A stretch of DNA of 64,000 nucleotides from a virus: positions 1 to 64,000 of the IMG/VR virus record IMGVR_UViG_3300039210_000244. One strand, written 5' to 3'. Made by a program: the position numbers and the translations under genes. This document shows positions 35,664 through 45,564 of the stretch, in pieces; within the stretch, counting starts at the first letter, position 1, and the number at the start of each line of letters is the position of its first letter. The notes below the pieces were generated by a model, which was given only the letters and a program-made list of their open reading frames with translations, searched no databases and was not told the origin of the DNA.

Positions 35664-35983
35664 CGGGCAAGAAGACGGGCAAAGCGAGGGTCATTTTGGG
35701 CTTTCCCCAATTCGTCGATCGCGTAGAGCGAATCGTCGTCGAGGGTTTCCGCCCAGCCCTTCGGCATGTCGGTCACGAATTCAACGAACGCGTGAATGTC
35801 GCCGATTGTGTCGAAATACTGCGCCACTTTCGTGAGTGGGACCAAACGCACGTTTACGACTTCCGTCGCTCCGTGCATGTAGGTGATCGGCTGGTCTTGC
35901 CCCCTGCCGTCGTGGTGCACAACCGTTGCCGGCTGTGCACCGTTGATGATTGTCTGTGCCGCTATCGGGTTCGGTTCGCTCAT
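35576..35983 (-). CDS. Tail assembly chaperone, gpG-like
   Basis: Position between major tail protein and tape measure. Confidence 0.65.
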   Translation of the reverse strand: MSEPNPIAAQTIINGAQPATVVHHDGRGQDQPITYMHGATEVVNVRLVPLTKVAQYFDTIGDIHAFVEFVTDMPKGWAETLDDDSLYAIDELGKAQNDPRFARLLARQKKTLQGVKPMAISSQEVSALTNSLATP

Positions 35984-36027
35984 TTCAGTTCGGGATCAGT
36001 TCGTTTCAGGTTCTAAAAAAATCAGGA

Positions 36028-36531
36028 TCAGGCGAGCAACGCGTTAGGCGTGAGCACGACCTTCTCCAGCGCGTCGATCTTGATCGTCGCCTTGGTGACC
36101 TCGCCGGCGGTCAGCTTGAAACCGCCGTCGAGCTGCCAGCTCGCTTTGAAAATGTTCGAGTGCAGGGCAATCGCGGTCACGGCATCATCGGGATCGACGA
36201 TGAAGACTTCGGCGGTGCCGGTGGAGAAACCGCCTTCGATTCCAGTGGAACCAGCGAACGCGCCCGCGAGCGTCTTCACGTCTTCAACCTCGAACTTGAA
36301 CCCCTGCGTACGTTTCTTCGGCACGGTGCGATCGGGGCGGAGGAAACCGTCAGCGTCCGGAACCTCGCGCTGCGTGGTCTCGATCGTTTGCTCGTAATCA
36401 CAAAGCTTCCCAATAATTGAAACCGGTGTTTGCGGAACGCCGGCTACCGACGGGGTAAGCGTGACGTACGTTTTACGAGGAATTATGGTCTTCGTCGGGT
36501 CGAAGGTAACGGTTGGGATCACGATAGGCAT
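36028..36531 (-). CDS. Major tail (tube) protein
   Basis: 167 aa beta-rich protein upstream of the chaperones. Confidence 0.65.
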   Translation of the reverse strand: MPIVIPTVTFDPTKTIIPRKTYVTLTPSVAGVPQTPVSIIGKLCDYEQTIETTQREVPDADGFLRPDRTVPKKRTQGFKFEVEDVKTLAGAFAGSTGIEGGFSTGTAEVFIVDPDDAVTAIALHSNIFKASWQLDGGFKLTAGEVTKATIKIDALEKVVLTPNALLA

Positions 36532-36627
36532 GGTAGGAGTCGGTTCAGGTTCAATTCAGGTTCAGGTTCTTTGCTCCTCTGTCGTCGGAGTCCGCGCACC
36601 CTCCGTCAAATTTTACCTGTTTAATTC

Positions 36628-36978
36628 TCAGCGCATCGCCAACCGCCGCCGTCTCGCCCGATAATCAGCGGTCAGCTTGCGCTCGATCCCGCCCTTTGGA
36701 GGCGTCTTTTTTCGCTGGATACCCGCAAGGCAGGTGACGAGGCGATCGCTTACCGCATCGTAAACCACGGTCATCGCCTTTCCGTACATCCGCACCTTCC
36801 AGATCGTTCGCGCTTTTGATGTTCCTGCGCCGACGAACCGTACGCACTCGCGACCTTCGCGCACCGCGGTTAGAATCACATCGTAGCTTGAAGGGTAGAG
36901 CTTGAGCCCAAGGCGCTCGTTCGCGCGCCGGATGAAGTGCCTCTCCTGCGCAAGCTGCGTGACCGCGAGATCGTTCAT
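36628..36978 (-). CDS. Hypothetical protein
   Basis: HFIRRANERLG...VVYDAVSDRLVTCL. Confidence 0.6.
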   Translation of the reverse strand: MNDLAVTQLAQERHFIRRANERLGLKLYPSSYDVILTAVREGRECVRFVGAGTSKARTIWKVRMYGKAMTVVYDAVSDRLVTCLAGIQRKKTPPKGGIERKLTADYRARRRRLAMR

Positions 36979-37111
36979 GGTGAGACCGCCCGATTACGAC
37001 GCCGGCATTTCGGTAACACGTTTGAGGTCGGATCCGGCCGCGGAACACGCGGGTAACACGGACGCGCAAACTGGCGCGTCTGCACCGCAAGCCAGAGGAT
37101 AACCGCCGCGG

Positions 37112-37657
37112 TCATAGAGCATACATGTCCGCGGTGATCGGGGACAGCCGGCGGTTCGCGCGGCGTCCAGTCGGAACGACGAACGAGAGATCCAACTGCC
37201 AGAGAAACGACTGCTCGCTGATCTCCGACATGCGTCCGTCCCAAGTGAACGCCTCCGTGAGCAGCGCGACTGACGGCTCATTCTTACCGGCAACGACCGT
37301 CCCGTCGGCATTGTGCACCTTGAGGAGCAGTTCCGGCTTGAGATCCGACGGCGCCGTCTCGATCGCGTCCATCAAACTCTCGGCCCAATCGAGCAGACCT
37401 GGCTCAGCGCGCGGATCGAGCTTCACGAAGTCCTGCTTCTTCTTCGTGCGAAGGAACAGTGAGACCTTGCCAGTGGCTTTGCCGCCGACGCTCTCTGTCA
37501 TCGTGAGGTCAACCATCGTCACGAGCGGCAGATCCTTCTCACCGGTGATCGTAAACTCGTTGCCCTTTTTCACGGCAAGGCCAGCCAGCAGACCGTAAGT
37601 CTGCGAGTGAAAAACGAGGCGCGTCCAGATTTCGCGAGCGATGGCGGAGTAGATCAT
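37112..37657 (-). CDS. Putative tail terminator/completion protein
   Basis: Position after neck genes; LPLVTM motif. Confidence 0.5.
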   Translation of the reverse strand: MIYSAIAREIWTRLVFHSQTYGLLAGLAVKKGNEFTITGEKDLPLVTMVDLTMTESVGGKATGKVSLFLRTKKKQDFVKLDPRAEPGLLDWAESLMDAIETAPSDLKPELLLKVHNADGTVVAGKNEPSVALLTEAFTWDGRMSEISEQSFLWQLDLSFVVPTGRRANRRLSPITADMYAL

Positions 37658-37914
37658 TTGAGAGTGATGTTTTTACTGTCTGACCAAAGCAGCTCCCAAT
37701 GGTCGCCACAGTCGGCGACGTTGTGCTTTGTGCACTCGGTTTCGGTACGAACAAAAGCCAGCACGAATTCAGTGGGACGGATGCGGACACGAACACGCCC
37801 AACAGGCGTCGGAACGATCGGCTTCACAGGATCGGCCTCGGGGCCGTACAGGATTTGCTCCGCGTCGATTTCGGTCCCGCAGACCGTGATGATTTTACTC
37901 ATGGGGTAGCTCAT
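37654..37914 (-). CDS. Hypothetical protein
   Basis: ATGA overlaps at both ends. Confidence 0.5.
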   Translation of the reverse strand: MSYPMSKIITVCGTEIDAEQILYGPEADPVKPIVPTPVGRVRVRIRPTEFVLAFVRTETECTKHNVADCGDHWELLWSDSKNITLK

Positions 37915-38438
37915 TTGATTACTTTCTGCAGGAAGGATTTCATTTCCGCTTGGAGTAGCGCACGCGCCTTGGGCCGCATGTTCTCGACGATTCGCATCGC
38001 CTTGATTCCGCGCACGCGCTTCGCCAAAACGTAGTCGGTCCCGAACTTCATCCCGGGCGTCCAGCCGCCAACTGCTGCGGTCGAGGTGAGGGGAATAAAT
38101 AGCAGCCGCGCAGTCTTCGGATAGATGTAGCCGCCATTGCTCGTCGGCGTGCCGGCGTTGCCGGTTCCCTTCTCCAGCCAAAGCATGATCTTGTTCGGGT
38201 TGGCCGGATTCCCGTCGGTCGAATTGAAGATCAGCCGCTCGCTATCGTTTGTCTTCAGGATCGTCCAATTCCGACGCGTGTTGCCGGTCCAGCCCTTCGG
38301 CGTGGCGGCGATCAAAGCCGTCCTCGTTCTCCACGCGGCGATCTCAACTGGCTTGTCAAACGACTTGTCGGTCAGCGCCAGCTTTATCCGAGCGATCATG
38401 CGATCACCGGCGTCGGTGTTGGCGGTCGCGCGAATCAT
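37911..38438 (-). CDS. HK97 gp10-like neck/tail-completion protein
   Basis: TPKGWTGNTRRNW...LEKGT...AKRVRGIKA. Confidence 0.7.
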   Translation of the reverse strand: MIRATANTDAGDRMIARIKLALTDKSFDKPVEIAAWRTRTALIAATPKGWTGNTRRNWTILKTNDSERLIFNSTDGNPANPNKIMLWLEKGTGNAGTPTSNGGYIYPKTARLLFIPLTSTAAVGGWTPGMKFGTDYVLAKRVRGIKAMRIVENMRPKARALLQAEMKSFLQKVIK

Positions 38439-39076
38439 ACGAGCCCGATTCGGTAGCGATCCAAAATATCCGTGACCTCAGCGGGGATCTTGCGAAGCGT
38501 GACCGTTTGCCGGTCGCCATTCACGCCGACGTACTCGCGCGTCGAACGGCCTGAACTGACCGCGGCAAAGATCGTGCACGCGCGGGTGATGTTGGCTGGG
38601 ATGCCTGTTGGCGGGACCGTCAACGGGTTCGTTGCATCGAGCGCATAGCCAAATTTACCCTGTAGCGTGATCTGCTTCAGCAGCGGAAACGTGCGACCTC
38701 CGTTGAGCACGTCCATTCGAAATGTGTCCGGGCGAAGCCAGCGACCGACGCGGACAATCTTAGCATCCTTCGAGAATGGCGCCGTCTCCAGTCGGTATTG
38801 ATCGGCCGGCAAAACCTCGCCGTCCACTTGGATCTCCGTGAGCTCGATGCACGGGAACGGCAGCCAAATCCTATTCAGAGCGATCCAGTATGACGGCACT
38901 ACGAGCACCGAGGATGAGTGGTCGTGGAACAGGAAGTCGCGATGACAGTAATCGTCGATCGCTCGCGACGCCGCGTTGATGCAGTCCGTGAACAGGTCTA
39001 TTTCGGTATCGTCGGTGTTGCGCGTTTCAGCCTGAACGTTCGCGACGGTACAATACGGATAAAGGAGCGTGCTCAT
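38435..39076 (-). CDS. Head-tail adaptor (gp6/gp15-like)
   Basis: YCTVANVQ...INAASRAIDDYCHRDF...GY...IPANITRAC...ILDRYR. Confidence 0.85.
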   Translation of the reverse strand: MSTLLYPYCTVANVQAETRNTDDTEIDLFTDCINAASRAIDDYCHRDFLFHDHSSSVLVVPSYWIALNRIWLPFPCIELTEIQVDGEVLPADQYRLETAPFSKDAKIVRVGRWLRPDTFRMDVLNGGRTFPLLKQITLQGKFGYALDATNPLTVPPTGIPANITRACTIFAAVSSGRSTREYVGVNGDRQTVTLRKIPAEVTDILDRYRIGLV

Positions 39077-39312
39077 ATTGTGCAGAGCGTAACCATTTTC
39101 TTGTCACGCGGAGAGGGAGACTGACCGTGCCAGTAGCGGCGGTGACTCTGGAGTACCTTCGTCCGGCACTTCTCCACCTCGATCTGGTAGTCCCGCACAA
39201 CCGCGGCGACTCCATCGTGGGATGCGATCTTCAGCCGGCGGAGCAAGAGATCCTGCTCGGCGAGAGCGATCACCGATTCCCTGATCGTCTGAGCGAGTTT
39301 GTCGCGGTCCAT
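39073..39312 (-). CDS. Hypothetical protein
   Basis: ATGA overlap with the adaptor gene. Confidence 0.45.
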   Translation of the reverse strand: MDRDKLAQTIRESVIALAEQDLLLRRLKIASHDGVAAVVRDYQIEVEKCRTKVLQSHRRYWHGQSPSPRDKKMVTLCTI

Positions 39313-39359
39313 AAGCTGAGCGGTTTAGCCCGCAGCTGCCGCGGGCAGGTGAAAGAAAA

Positions 39360-39381
39360 AGAGCGGCGCAACGGCCGCTCT
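39360..39381 (-). terminator. Intrinsic terminator
   Basis: AGAGCGGC/GCCGCTCT with T-run. Confidence 0.55.
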
Positions 39382-39384
39382 CGT

Positions 39385-39582
39385 TTACTCAGCGGACGGC
39401 TTCGCTACTTGGCCGGTCTTTGCGGGAACAGGAACCTCGGGAACGAGCTTGAACTGTTCTGGCGCGTGCTTCTCAAGGCCAGCGGCCTGTTCGGCCGTGA
39501 CTGTGATGATGCAGCCTTCGGTGACTAGACCGACGCCAGCAAGATTCTGTTTCACTTTACCAATGTATTTATAGCGCGGCAT
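39385..39582 (-). CDS. Small head-associated protein
   Basis: Follows the capsid gene; preceded by the leader repeat. Confidence 0.6.
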   Translation of the reverse strand: MPRYKYIGKVKQNLAGVGLVTEGCIITVTAEQAAGLEKHAPEQFKLVPEVPVPAKTGQVAKPSAE

Positions 39583-39885
39583 AAAATTCGTTTCGGGTTC
39601 AATTCAGTTCGGGTACAAACACCGTGCGAAATCGAGTCGCGGCCATGCAAGCAATATCGCTGAAAATCAATCAGCAGCCGTTGTCCCTTCAACGCACAGC
39701 GCGAATCTCATCGGACTCGATACAGAACGGCGGCAGAAAAAAGAGCCCCGTTAAATCGAAAAGAAAAGGCCGGCTCCACCCGATGGAACCGGCCTCCCGA
39801 TTAACAAGAGCAAGGAACAAGCTCGCTCTACCCATCAGCATCAGCGGGCGCGGACGCGTATCCGTCAAACAATTCCGAAAATAAA

Positions 39886-39913
39886 AAGCCCGCCCCAGTT
39901 AAGGAGCGGGCTT
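39886..39913 (-). terminator. Intrinsic terminator after the major capsid gene
   Basis: AAGCCCGC/GCGGGCTT with T-run. Confidence 0.65.
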
Positions 39914-39934
39914 GAAGGTATCAGACAGGCTCGC

Positions 39935-41527
39935 TTAGGCCGTCCAATTGAAACCGATCGCAGCCGCTTTCGTGTTTGCGAGTGATTCCATCGGCGCGAA
40001 GGCGCGACGGAACGAGGCAACCACGCAGTTGACCTGCTTCTGCACGTCACGGAACGTTTCGAGCATGAAGCCACGACGCACGCCAGCGATCCAGGCCGGC
40101 TTGTAAACGATCAGGATCGAACCCTTGGTCGTGGTGATGCCATCGTACACGCCGGTAGCGTTCAAGTCCTCGCGGACCGCAGCCGACGGAACGATGTCGA
40201 TGCCGAAGACGCTCGGCGCCACACCGGTGAAGATGCGAGCGTTCTGAGTACCGCCGGCCTTTTCCGCCGTGAGGGTTTCAGGGAGCAGGATCAGATCGTT
40301 GTAGGCCAGAGGGCCGGCAATGATCAGGAGTTGCTTCGGGTCCATGCCCCACTTTCCAAGCAGCTTGCGGAGAGCACCGATGTTGGCCGCGGAGACGCCG
40401 CCCGTCGCGAGCGACAACTGGAGCGAAGCCTGCGCGAGCGCGAGCTTGCGGATGCCGTTGAACGCGCGGGCAACATGCGTTGCACCGAGAGCGAGGATGT
40501 CGGAATCCTGAGCGCCGGTCGTGTCACCACTGACCATCGCGAACTCCAGCGCGGCAGCCGCGGCTTCACCGAGCTGCGACGTGATGAGCGGGAGAACCGC
40601 GATCAACGAGTCCTCATCGGCCTCGTAATCGTAGTTCGTCTGGCCCATGATCTTCGCAGCCGTCAGCGTCAGCTTGTCAGTGCCAGGGCTCGATTCCGTG
40701 GCCGCGGTCGAGGAGGTGCCCAATTGGAACACCGGTCGAGTCGTGGACAGCGGGAACGGGAACGGATTGGTCGGCATGTTGACCTCGGTGCCAGCCAGCG
40801 CGACCGCCAGCTTGCTTTCGAGGTACAAGCGTTGGAGCAGCGTGCTCGACAGCGTGACGTTCATCAATTCCAAGCCGCTGCCAGCGGCACCGGAGGTGAT
40901 CGCTTTGGTTTGGATGCTGGACATCAGGCGCTTTTCAGAGCGCACGCCGCGGTCGGTCGCGTCTTTCAACACGGACTCCGGAATGCCGTCGTTGATGACT
41001 TCGTCCGGGATCGCGCCTTGGCCGAGGAAGCGGCCACCCTTGGTCAGCACGTTGAGGAGCTGCTTCTGGGAGACCGACAAATTGCCGGCGCGGTGAGCGA
41101 TGGGGAACTCGATACCGGATTCCTCCGGAAATTCCATTTTAGAAGGAGCGCGGACGCCCTTGACGGCTTGATCGACGATCGCCTTGACGGCTTCGGCTGT
41201 GAGACCGGCGGTGGCCGATTTCTTGACGGCCTCGGCGACGGCGCTCGCGAGAGCGACGGGATCGAGGTTTTCGATCTTGATCGCCTTAACGGCGGTCGAG
41301 ACGATTTCCGTGACCTTGGCTTCGGTGACGTTGCCAGCGGTCGCGTCCTTGACGGCTTTCGTCACGGTCGCAGTCAGGTCAGCCTCGGTCATCGAGCTTT
41401 CGTCGGTGGAAGCAGCGGCCTTCGCTTGAAGGTCGGCGAGTTCGATTTTTTCCTCTGCCGTATGACTGGCAGCGGATTTGGCAATCAGCTCTAGGAGCCG
41501 TTTGAGTTGTGCAGCGGTGAGTTTCAT
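39935..41527 (-). CDS. Major capsid protein (HK97 fold, N-terminal scaffold/delta domain)
   Basis: Coiled N-terminus then KAIT...G.EL, LTLTAAKI, EADEDS, AMVSGD, FGIDIV; follows the protease. Confidence 0.9.
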   Translation of the reverse strand: MKLTAAQLKRLLELIAKSAASHTAEEKIELADLQAKAAASTDESSMTEADLTATVTKAVKDATAGNVTEAKVTEIVSTAVKAIKIENLDPVALASAVAEAVKKSATAGLTAEAVKAIVDQAVKGVRAPSKMEFPEESGIEFPIAHRAGNLSVSQKQLLNVLTKGGRFLGQGAIPDEVINDGIPESVLKDATDRGVRSEKRLMSSIQTKAITSGAAGSGLELMNVTLSSTLLQRLYLESKLAVALAGTEVNMPTNPFPFPLSTTRPVFQLGTSSTAATESSPGTDKLTLTAAKIMGQTNYDYEADEDSLIAVLPLITSQLGEAAAAALEFAMVSGDTTGAQDSDILALGATHVARAFNGIRKLALAQASLQLSLATGGVSAANIGALRKLLGKWGMDPKQLLIIAGPLAYNDLILLPETLTAEKAGGTQNARIFTGVAPSVFGIDIVPSAAVREDLNATGVYDGITTTKGSILIVYKPAWIAGVRRGFMLETFRDVQKQVNCVVASFRRAFAPMESLANTKAAAIGFNWTA

Positions 41528-41641
41528 TGTCGTTCTTTCGTTTCTGTCGTTTCGAGTCGTTTCGTTTCAGGTTCAGGTTTTCCGAAGGCTACTCCCGCTG
41601 AGGGTTTGGCCGTGATCGCCTAAAAAATTTGGGGCGCGCTT

Positions 41642-42673
41642 TCATTCCGTGCGGAGGGATTTCTTGCTGCGCCAAAACTTGGAGAATGCTTTCTGGCAGT
41701 CGGCGGCGCCGAGGCTGCGTGTGCGCACGAGCGCGTCCGGGTTCATCGGGACCGCCACGAGGCTGATCTCGTACAAATCCGCCGTGTGGATACCGCGACC
41801 ATCGTCCTCGTAGTACCAGATGCCGCCGATCGACACGCCTTTCAGGTGGCCTTCGACGAGCTTGTACCGGACATCGCACATCCCGGGCGCGTTGCTGATC
41901 CGTCCGCGAACCGCGAGACCTTGCGCGGTGACGCCAACTTTCTCCCAGCTTCCGGCGATGGCATCGACCTCGTTCTCGTGATCGGTCAGAATCACGGGGT
42001 TGGTCATGAACTCCGGGATCGTCGCATCGAATGCGCCCGGGAGAATATAGTCGCCACCGCGGTCCTTCGGCGTCGTTGAGACGAAGGTGGAGGCGAAGCC
42101 TTCGATCACCACGTCCTGATAATCACAGATCGGGCAGTCGGCATCGTCCGCAGCACCGGCGTCAACCATGCTGGTGCCGTCGGCTGCCGTCTTCGGCGCC
42201 ATTGGGCGCGGCATGCGAATCGGTTTAGCTTTGCAGTCAGCCGGGAGCGTGAGTGCCGCCGAGGCTTCAAAAATCTTGATTTGCTGGCCGGAGATCAGCG
42301 CCTTGCCGAGTTCGAGATCCGTCTGCTTAACCGCGGTCGTCGCTTCGGTCAGATAGAGCCGACCGTCGCGGCCCGGGATCGCCATCTGTGCGATGACGTT
42401 CGCGCCCTCGATGCGTAGTGCCTTGCCGGCTACGCGCGCACCCTCGTAGGCAAAGAACACCGGTTTGCCCAACAACTCTGCCATCGCCTTCTCGTGCGCG
42501 TTCGGCGCGAGCAGATTCCCTACGACGTGACGTCCGGTTTCGGACGCGAGCCACGCCTTCATCTCCGTTTGGTTGGAGTGATTACGCACGAGCAAAATCT
42601 TTTGCGCGGGCTTTTTGAGTTGGAGAATCTTGCTCACGTATTTGGGTTTCACGACGCACCGCAGGTCGGTCAA
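41642..42673 (-). CDS. HK97-family prohead protease with N-terminal extension (start uncertain)
   Basis: IEGFAST...DRGGDYILPGAF...NPVILTDH...GVSIGG...LYEISLVAVPMNPDA. Confidence 0.92.
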   Translation of the reverse strand: MTDLRCVVKPKYVSKILQLKKPAQKILLVRNHSNQTEMKAWLASETGRHVVGNLLAPNAHEKAMAELLGKPVFFAYEGARVAGKALRIEGANVIAQMAIPGRDGRLYLTEATTAVKQTDLELGKALISGQQIKIFEASAALTLPADCKAKPIRMPRPMAPKTAADGTSMVDAGAADDADCPICDYQDVVIEGFASTFVSTTPKDRGGDYILPGAFDATIPEFMTNPVILTDHENEVDAIAGSWEKVGVTAQGLAVRGRISNAPGMCDVRYKLVEGHLKGVSIGGIWYYEDDGRGIHTADLYEISLVAVPMNPDALVRTRSLGAADCQKAFSKFWRSKKSLRTE

Positions 42674-42690
42674 ATTTAACGTGAATAAAA

Positions 42691-42716
42691 AGAGCCGCCC
42701 ATTTCGGAGCGGCTCT
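42691..42716 (-). terminator. Intrinsic terminator
   Basis: AGAGCCGC/GCGGCTCT with T-run. Confidence 0.55.
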
Positions 42717-42803
42717 GTAATGCCTCACGCGGTGTTAGCTACCGGGTGAGGCGAGTGGCCTAAGAGCCAAGTGGTCCAATAAAGCCGAGCCCTTCAAAAA
42801 AAC

Positions 42804-43130
42804 TTAGACGGACCGCGATCCCAAGAAGCCTCGGACCGTGATGGTGCCGGACGCCCACGCAGAGATCGTCGCGCGAATCGCCTGCCCGAAAAGATTCGGC
42901 AGCTGGATCGCCGTCTGTGCACCGACGGTCGTGAATGCGGCCTGCGCCACACGGTGCCAGTTCGTGCCATCGGGGTTCAAAACCTCGATGGTCAGCGTCA
43001 TTCCAGCGGTGGCGCCGGCCGTGACCGGGAGAATCACAATCGTATCCTGCCCCTTCTTGGTCTCGACCGCTTGTCCACTGCCGTTCGCGCCCTGCGCGTT
43101 GAGGAGAATAAAATCAGATACAATTTGCAT
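42804..43130 (-). CDS. Hypothetical beta-sandwich protein, possibly virion-associated
   Basis: IEVLNPDGTNW...IRATIS...GTITV. Confidence 0.6.
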   Translation of the reverse strand: MQIVSDFILLNAQGANGSGQAVETKKGQDTIVILPVTAGATAGMTLTIEVLNPDGTNWHRVAQAAFTTVGAQTAIQLPNLFGQAIRATISAWASGTITVRGFLGSRSV

Positions 43131-43180
43131 GGTGCCAACTTTCTTCCGCCGTGCTGGCGGTCAATTTATTGTGCAAAAAT

Positions 43181-43771
43181 TCAGAGCCACGATGGCCCCT
43201 TGACGCCCTTGGGAATGCGCAGAATCAGCCGGACAACGAATTTAAAAATGATGTACGCCTTGAGCTTCATGCTCTCCACAAACAGCCAGCGGCAGGCACC
43301 GTGGAGTCTCACACTGAACGGCACGACCCAGCCAGTGACGACGTACACCGGGAGCGCGTCCGGGTGAATGAAATCCAGCGACACGCCAGAAGTCATCGCG
43401 TAGGTTTGATCCATCCACTGGCCAACCTGGATGTGGGCACCTTGGCGCCCTGGATCGCTGAGAATCGTTCCGCCGAGATCAATCGCGTGCGAACCACCCT
43501 TGACGGTGATCACTTGCCCACCAGCCGGCGCGACACCCAACGTCCCGAATTCACCGCGGAGCCTGATGTTCGTCGCGACATCAATATCCACCGCATTCTC
43601 GCGGAATTGTGGGAGCTTCACGCTCTCGCCGTGCACGTCGGAGACATGCGCGATCTTTAGCGGCGCGCTCATCGTCGTGTCTGGCGCGGTCGTGAGGTCG
43701 AGGCCGTCGAGGCATTCGCCCGCGGTGGCAACCTTCGTATAGGTGTCAATCGTTTCGGAGGCTGTGTTCAT
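43181..43771 (-). CDS. Hypothetical protein
   Basis: 196 aa ORF in the dominant orientation. Confidence 0.6.
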   Translation of the reverse strand: MNTASETIDTYTKVATAGECLDGLDLTTAPDTTMSAPLKIAHVSDVHGESVKLPQFRENAVDIDVATNIRLRGEFGTLGVAPAGGQVITVKGGSHAIDLGGTILSDPGRQGAHIQVGQWMDQTYAMTSGVSLDFIHPDALPVYVVTGWVVPFSVRLHGACRWLFVESMKLKAYIIFKFVVRLILRIPKGVKGPSWL

Positions 43772-43822
43772 TCGAGTGTCGCGACTCTCCGAGTGCGAGG
43801 TTGTCAGTCAATTTATGGCTGC

Positions 43823-44050
43823 TTAATTCGGCAGCGATTTTTCGGCATCGGCAATCGCGATGGCGGCGGGCGCAACCGACACGACATTTGTTGAGCACCC
43901 GCTGAGCAGAAAGCCGAGGATCGCCGCGACAACCAACAGACCAACGCGCACGCTGCTATATTCGAACAGCGCCAGCACGGCCCGCGCGAAATGTTTCCCC
44001 GCGCATCCTGCGTGGTAAGCGGCCTGCTGTGCTGGCGTAAGCGTGCTCAC
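43823..44050 (-). CDS. Small membrane/lipoprotein
   Basis: TM segment ending LSGC. Confidence 0.5.
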   Translation of the reverse strand: MSTLTPAQQAAYHAGCAGKHFARAVLALFEYSSVRVGLLVVAAILGFLLSGCSTNVVSVAPAAIAIADAEKSLPN

Positions 44051-44051
44051 G

Positions 44052-44294
44052 TCATTCCGACCTTTTGTTAATCGCGAACAACACCACGACAGCAGCCGCC
44101 GATGCGCCTGCAAAGCCAGTTACAGAGCCCGGGATTTCAAGGAGCTTTGAAGCCAAGCCCGAAAGCCAGAACCACAGCAGACCCGGTAGAATAATCGTGA
44201 CAAACACGACCGATAAAAACGCGAGACGAGATGAGGAAACGTTGCCGGTTCCGTCGTCGATTGCTGAACGTAGCCAATCTGGGATGAGTTTCAT
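44052..44294 (-). CDS. Holin-like two-TM membrane protein
   Basis: DDGTGNVSSSRL followed by two TM segments and a charged tail. Confidence 0.6.
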   Translation of the reverse strand: MKLIPDWLRSAIDDGTGNVSSSRLAFLSVVFVTIILPGLLWFWLSGLASKLLEIPGSVTGFAGASAAAVVVLFAINKRSE

Positions 44295-44358
44295 AAATTC
44301 TTTATTGGTTTGCGTAGTCTAGGGAGTTGGCACTACCTTGCCGCGTCTCTTCCCCCAC

Positions 44359-44976
44359 ATGAAATCTCCCCTGTTTGCTTGCTTGTTCGCCGGGCTGTGC
44401 GCCTCGGCTTCGGCTTCCGGCTTCGACTGCTCGATACTCAGCCACATCACCTTCGATCAGCCGTGGCGCGACCTTGATAACTGGTACGCCTATATCGACA
44501 CGGCGGGAGACGGCGCATACTCCGTGAGCACGTTCGACTCTCAGGGGTACAGCGGAACGCGGTGGGGGCAGCGAACGATACTGAGCGGGACGGCGGGCGA
44601 TGGCGTGAACGCAGGAAGCGCCAGTGGCTCCGTAGAAATCTACACGATCTTCTGGTTTGATTTTGGCATCGAGGGAGGAGCCCTGAGCTTCACGCATCAA
44701 CGGCTGGCTAACTACGCCTATGCTTTGGGAAATGCAGACGGCATGGCGTTCGATTCGATTCTGTTCGATGGTGTCGAGACCAACCGAACGAGCTTCGACG
44801 GCCTGCAATTCTGGCATTCCGTGCAGCTCACGACGCGCGTTGAGGGGTGGGCGGTTGAGAATAACGAGGCCAGCCATGTGCCGGACGGCGGATCGACCGT
44901 TGGGCTGCTTTTGATTGCGTTGTCTGGATTCGCGATTCATAGGGTTTTATGCCTAGTTCAGAATGTTCAGTTCTAA
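44359..44976 (+). CDS. Secreted protein with VPDSG-CTERM/PEP-CTERM-type sorting signal
   Basis: Signal peptide (ASA); C-terminal VPDGGSTVGLLLIALSGFAIHR. Confidence 0.85.
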   Translation: MKSPLFACLFAGLCASASASGFDCSILSHITFDQPWRDLDNWYAYIDTAGDGAYSVSTFDSQGYSGTRWGQRTILSGTAGDGVNAGSASGSVEIYTIFWFDFGIEGGALSFTHQRLANYAYALGNADGMAFDSILFDGVETNRTSFDGLQFWHSVQLTTRVEGWAVENNEASHVPDGGSTVGLLLIALSGFAIHRVLCLVQNVQF

Positions 44977-44987
44977 CCCCTGTAAAA

Positions 44988-45533
44988 ATGAAAATCAGAA
45001 ATATAGTCGCGGGCCTCGGCCTGCTCGCTTCGGTGTTCGCGTGTTCGACCGCTTCGGCCCTTACTATGTGGCAGTCGCAAACAAGCACGATTGACCAGAC
45101 CGCGTATATAACGGCTGTTTATGGAGCATTTGCCACCGACGATCTGAACTCGAACGGGGTAATTACCGCCGATGAAATATCGCAGCACGCTGACGTTCCT
45201 TACGGGGCAACGTTTGCGGGCGTCCGGATTTCGGGCGTAGGCGGCGCACCCGTCGAACTCACATGGGGCAATTTTCAATTGGTTCATGCGGTTTACAATT
45301 GGCGTTATGCAGTCGGCGACTTCACCGGCATTTTTGCGGGAGGTAGCATTGAGTGGTCGGGGGATGCCAGCGGAGGGCTGCTAACCGTAACCGCTGGCGG
45401 AAACGACCCAGTAGCATACGCCACAACCGGCTTTCTGATGCAGCCCATGCCCGACGCCGGGCAAACGGCGGGACTTATCGCCTTCGCTCTTGTGGGGCTC
45501 GGCTTGATACGTCGAAGGCTTTCGACGGCGTAA
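44988..45533 (+). CDS. Secreted protein with VPDSG-CTERM/PEP-CTERM-type sorting signal
   Basis: Signal peptide (ASA); C-terminal MPDAGQTAGLIAFALVGLGLIRRR. Confidence 0.85.
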   Translation: MKIRNIVAGLGLLASVFACSTASALTMWQSQTSTIDQTAYITAVYGAFATDDLNSNGVITADEISQHADVPYGATFAGVRISGVGGAPVELTWGNFQLVHAVYNWRYAVGDFTGIFAGGSIEWSGDASGGLLTVTAGGNDPVAYATTGFLMQPMPDAGQTAGLIAFALVGLGLIRRRLSTA

Positions 45534-45564
45534 CCTGAGAGGAAGAACTCTTGATTCCAAAACC

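Noticed and set aside
40331-41494. Long plus-strand ORFs opposite major genes (also 10361-11260, 25509-26303, 54258-55451)
   Set aside because: Antisense shadows of GC-rich coding genes, with no recognisable motifs.
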